This document shows positions 63,771 through 64,000 of a stretch of 64,000 nt of DNA, in pieces. The notes under the pieces were generated by a model that worked only from the letters and a program-made list of their open reading frames with translations, was not told the DNA's origin and made no database searches. Both the position numbers and the translations under genes were made by a program. Numbering within the stretch: the stretch's first letter is position 1; each line of letters opens with the position of its first letter. The DNA is from Terriglobia bacterium. Its GTDB lineage: Bacteria > Acidobacteriota > Terriglobia > Acidiferrales > UBA7541. The DNA is taken from assembly GCA_041490445.1 (NCBI GenBank), contig JBGPTF010000001.1, forward strand, positions 58,442-122,441. Reading direction: 5' to 3'.

Positions 63771-64000
63771 TATGGCCCGTGGTAAAATTCGCCCCGTGAA
63801 AACAAAGCTCCACATAGCGGAAGCAGCCTATCAAAGACTTATCTCTCACGTGAATCGAAAGCAGTGGTGGCACGTGCCGCCAGTGGACCCGGACGCCTAT
63901 AAGAAACGTGGGAAGTTTTTGGCGTCCAGCTTCGCGGAAGCCGAGTTTTGGGGTCGGCCTCTCGATGAGCCTCAGAAAGTCACGATCGGAAGGCCGCTCG
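63771..64000 (+). CDS. 5' part of an unidentified CDS (partial, runs off window end)
   Basis: From ATG 63771 the frame is open to the window edge: MARGKIRPVKTKLHIAEAAYQRLISHVNRKQWWHVPPVDPDAYKKRGKFLASSFAEAEFWGRPLDEP... No family recognised. Confidence 0.3.

Overview
Manual reading of a 64-kb, high-GC (roughly 60%) bacterial chromosomal window. The gene content (many multihaem cytochromes, sigma-54 regulators, a giant C25 peptidase, PilZ proteins) suggests an Acidobacteriota-like Gram-negative, but that is inference only. I can support about 60 protein-coding genes and one IS630-family transposase relic. I found no rRNA, tRNA or CRISPR array. Layout: (i) 233-4924 is a minus-strand MBL-hydrolase / B12-type radical SAM / ATP-grasp operon. 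The radical SAM gene ends ..WYC-TGA-AEP, which is a CUAEP selenocysteine-type tail followed by a SECIS-like hairpin. The MBL/rSAM junction is duplicated (248-bp direct repeats, ~90% identical) around a 666-bp purine-rich non-coding insert. (ii) Aconitase. (iii) IS630 relic. (iv) 8.4-21.4 kb is an electron-transfer supercluster with about 39 haem motifs. The minus strand carries Rieske/cytochrome b + nonahaem + monohaem c + an ImcH-like protein + a 13-haem/cytochrome-b fusion (CbcL-like). The plus strand carries an MtrA/MtrB-type decahaem/porin pair. (v) 22.8-30.2 kb is a sensory/stress block: globin-coupled kinase, HAMP kinase + NtrC-type activator, two sigma-54-like promoters, a small haem protein, Hsp20, and a ~1-kb ORF-free, hairpin-rich stretch. 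(vi) Housekeeping and metal genes: P1B-4 ATPase, PFOR, Usp, MacB-like ABC, ModABC, IorAB-like Mo-hydroxylase, CspA. (vii) An orphan MshE/PilB-like ATPase flanked by PilZ proteins. (viii) 56.6-63.6 kb holds a secreted C25 peptidase followed by a compact cassette: PqqD / radical SAM-SPASM / 61-aa Cys-Gly-Ser-rich peptide / HprK-like kinase / SipW-type (Ser-His) peptidase. I consider this cassette the best candidate for an uncharacterised system, namely a radical-SAM-crosslinked and possibly phosphorylated RiPP. All family calls rest on motif recognition by eye, start codons are provisional, and no database search was possible.
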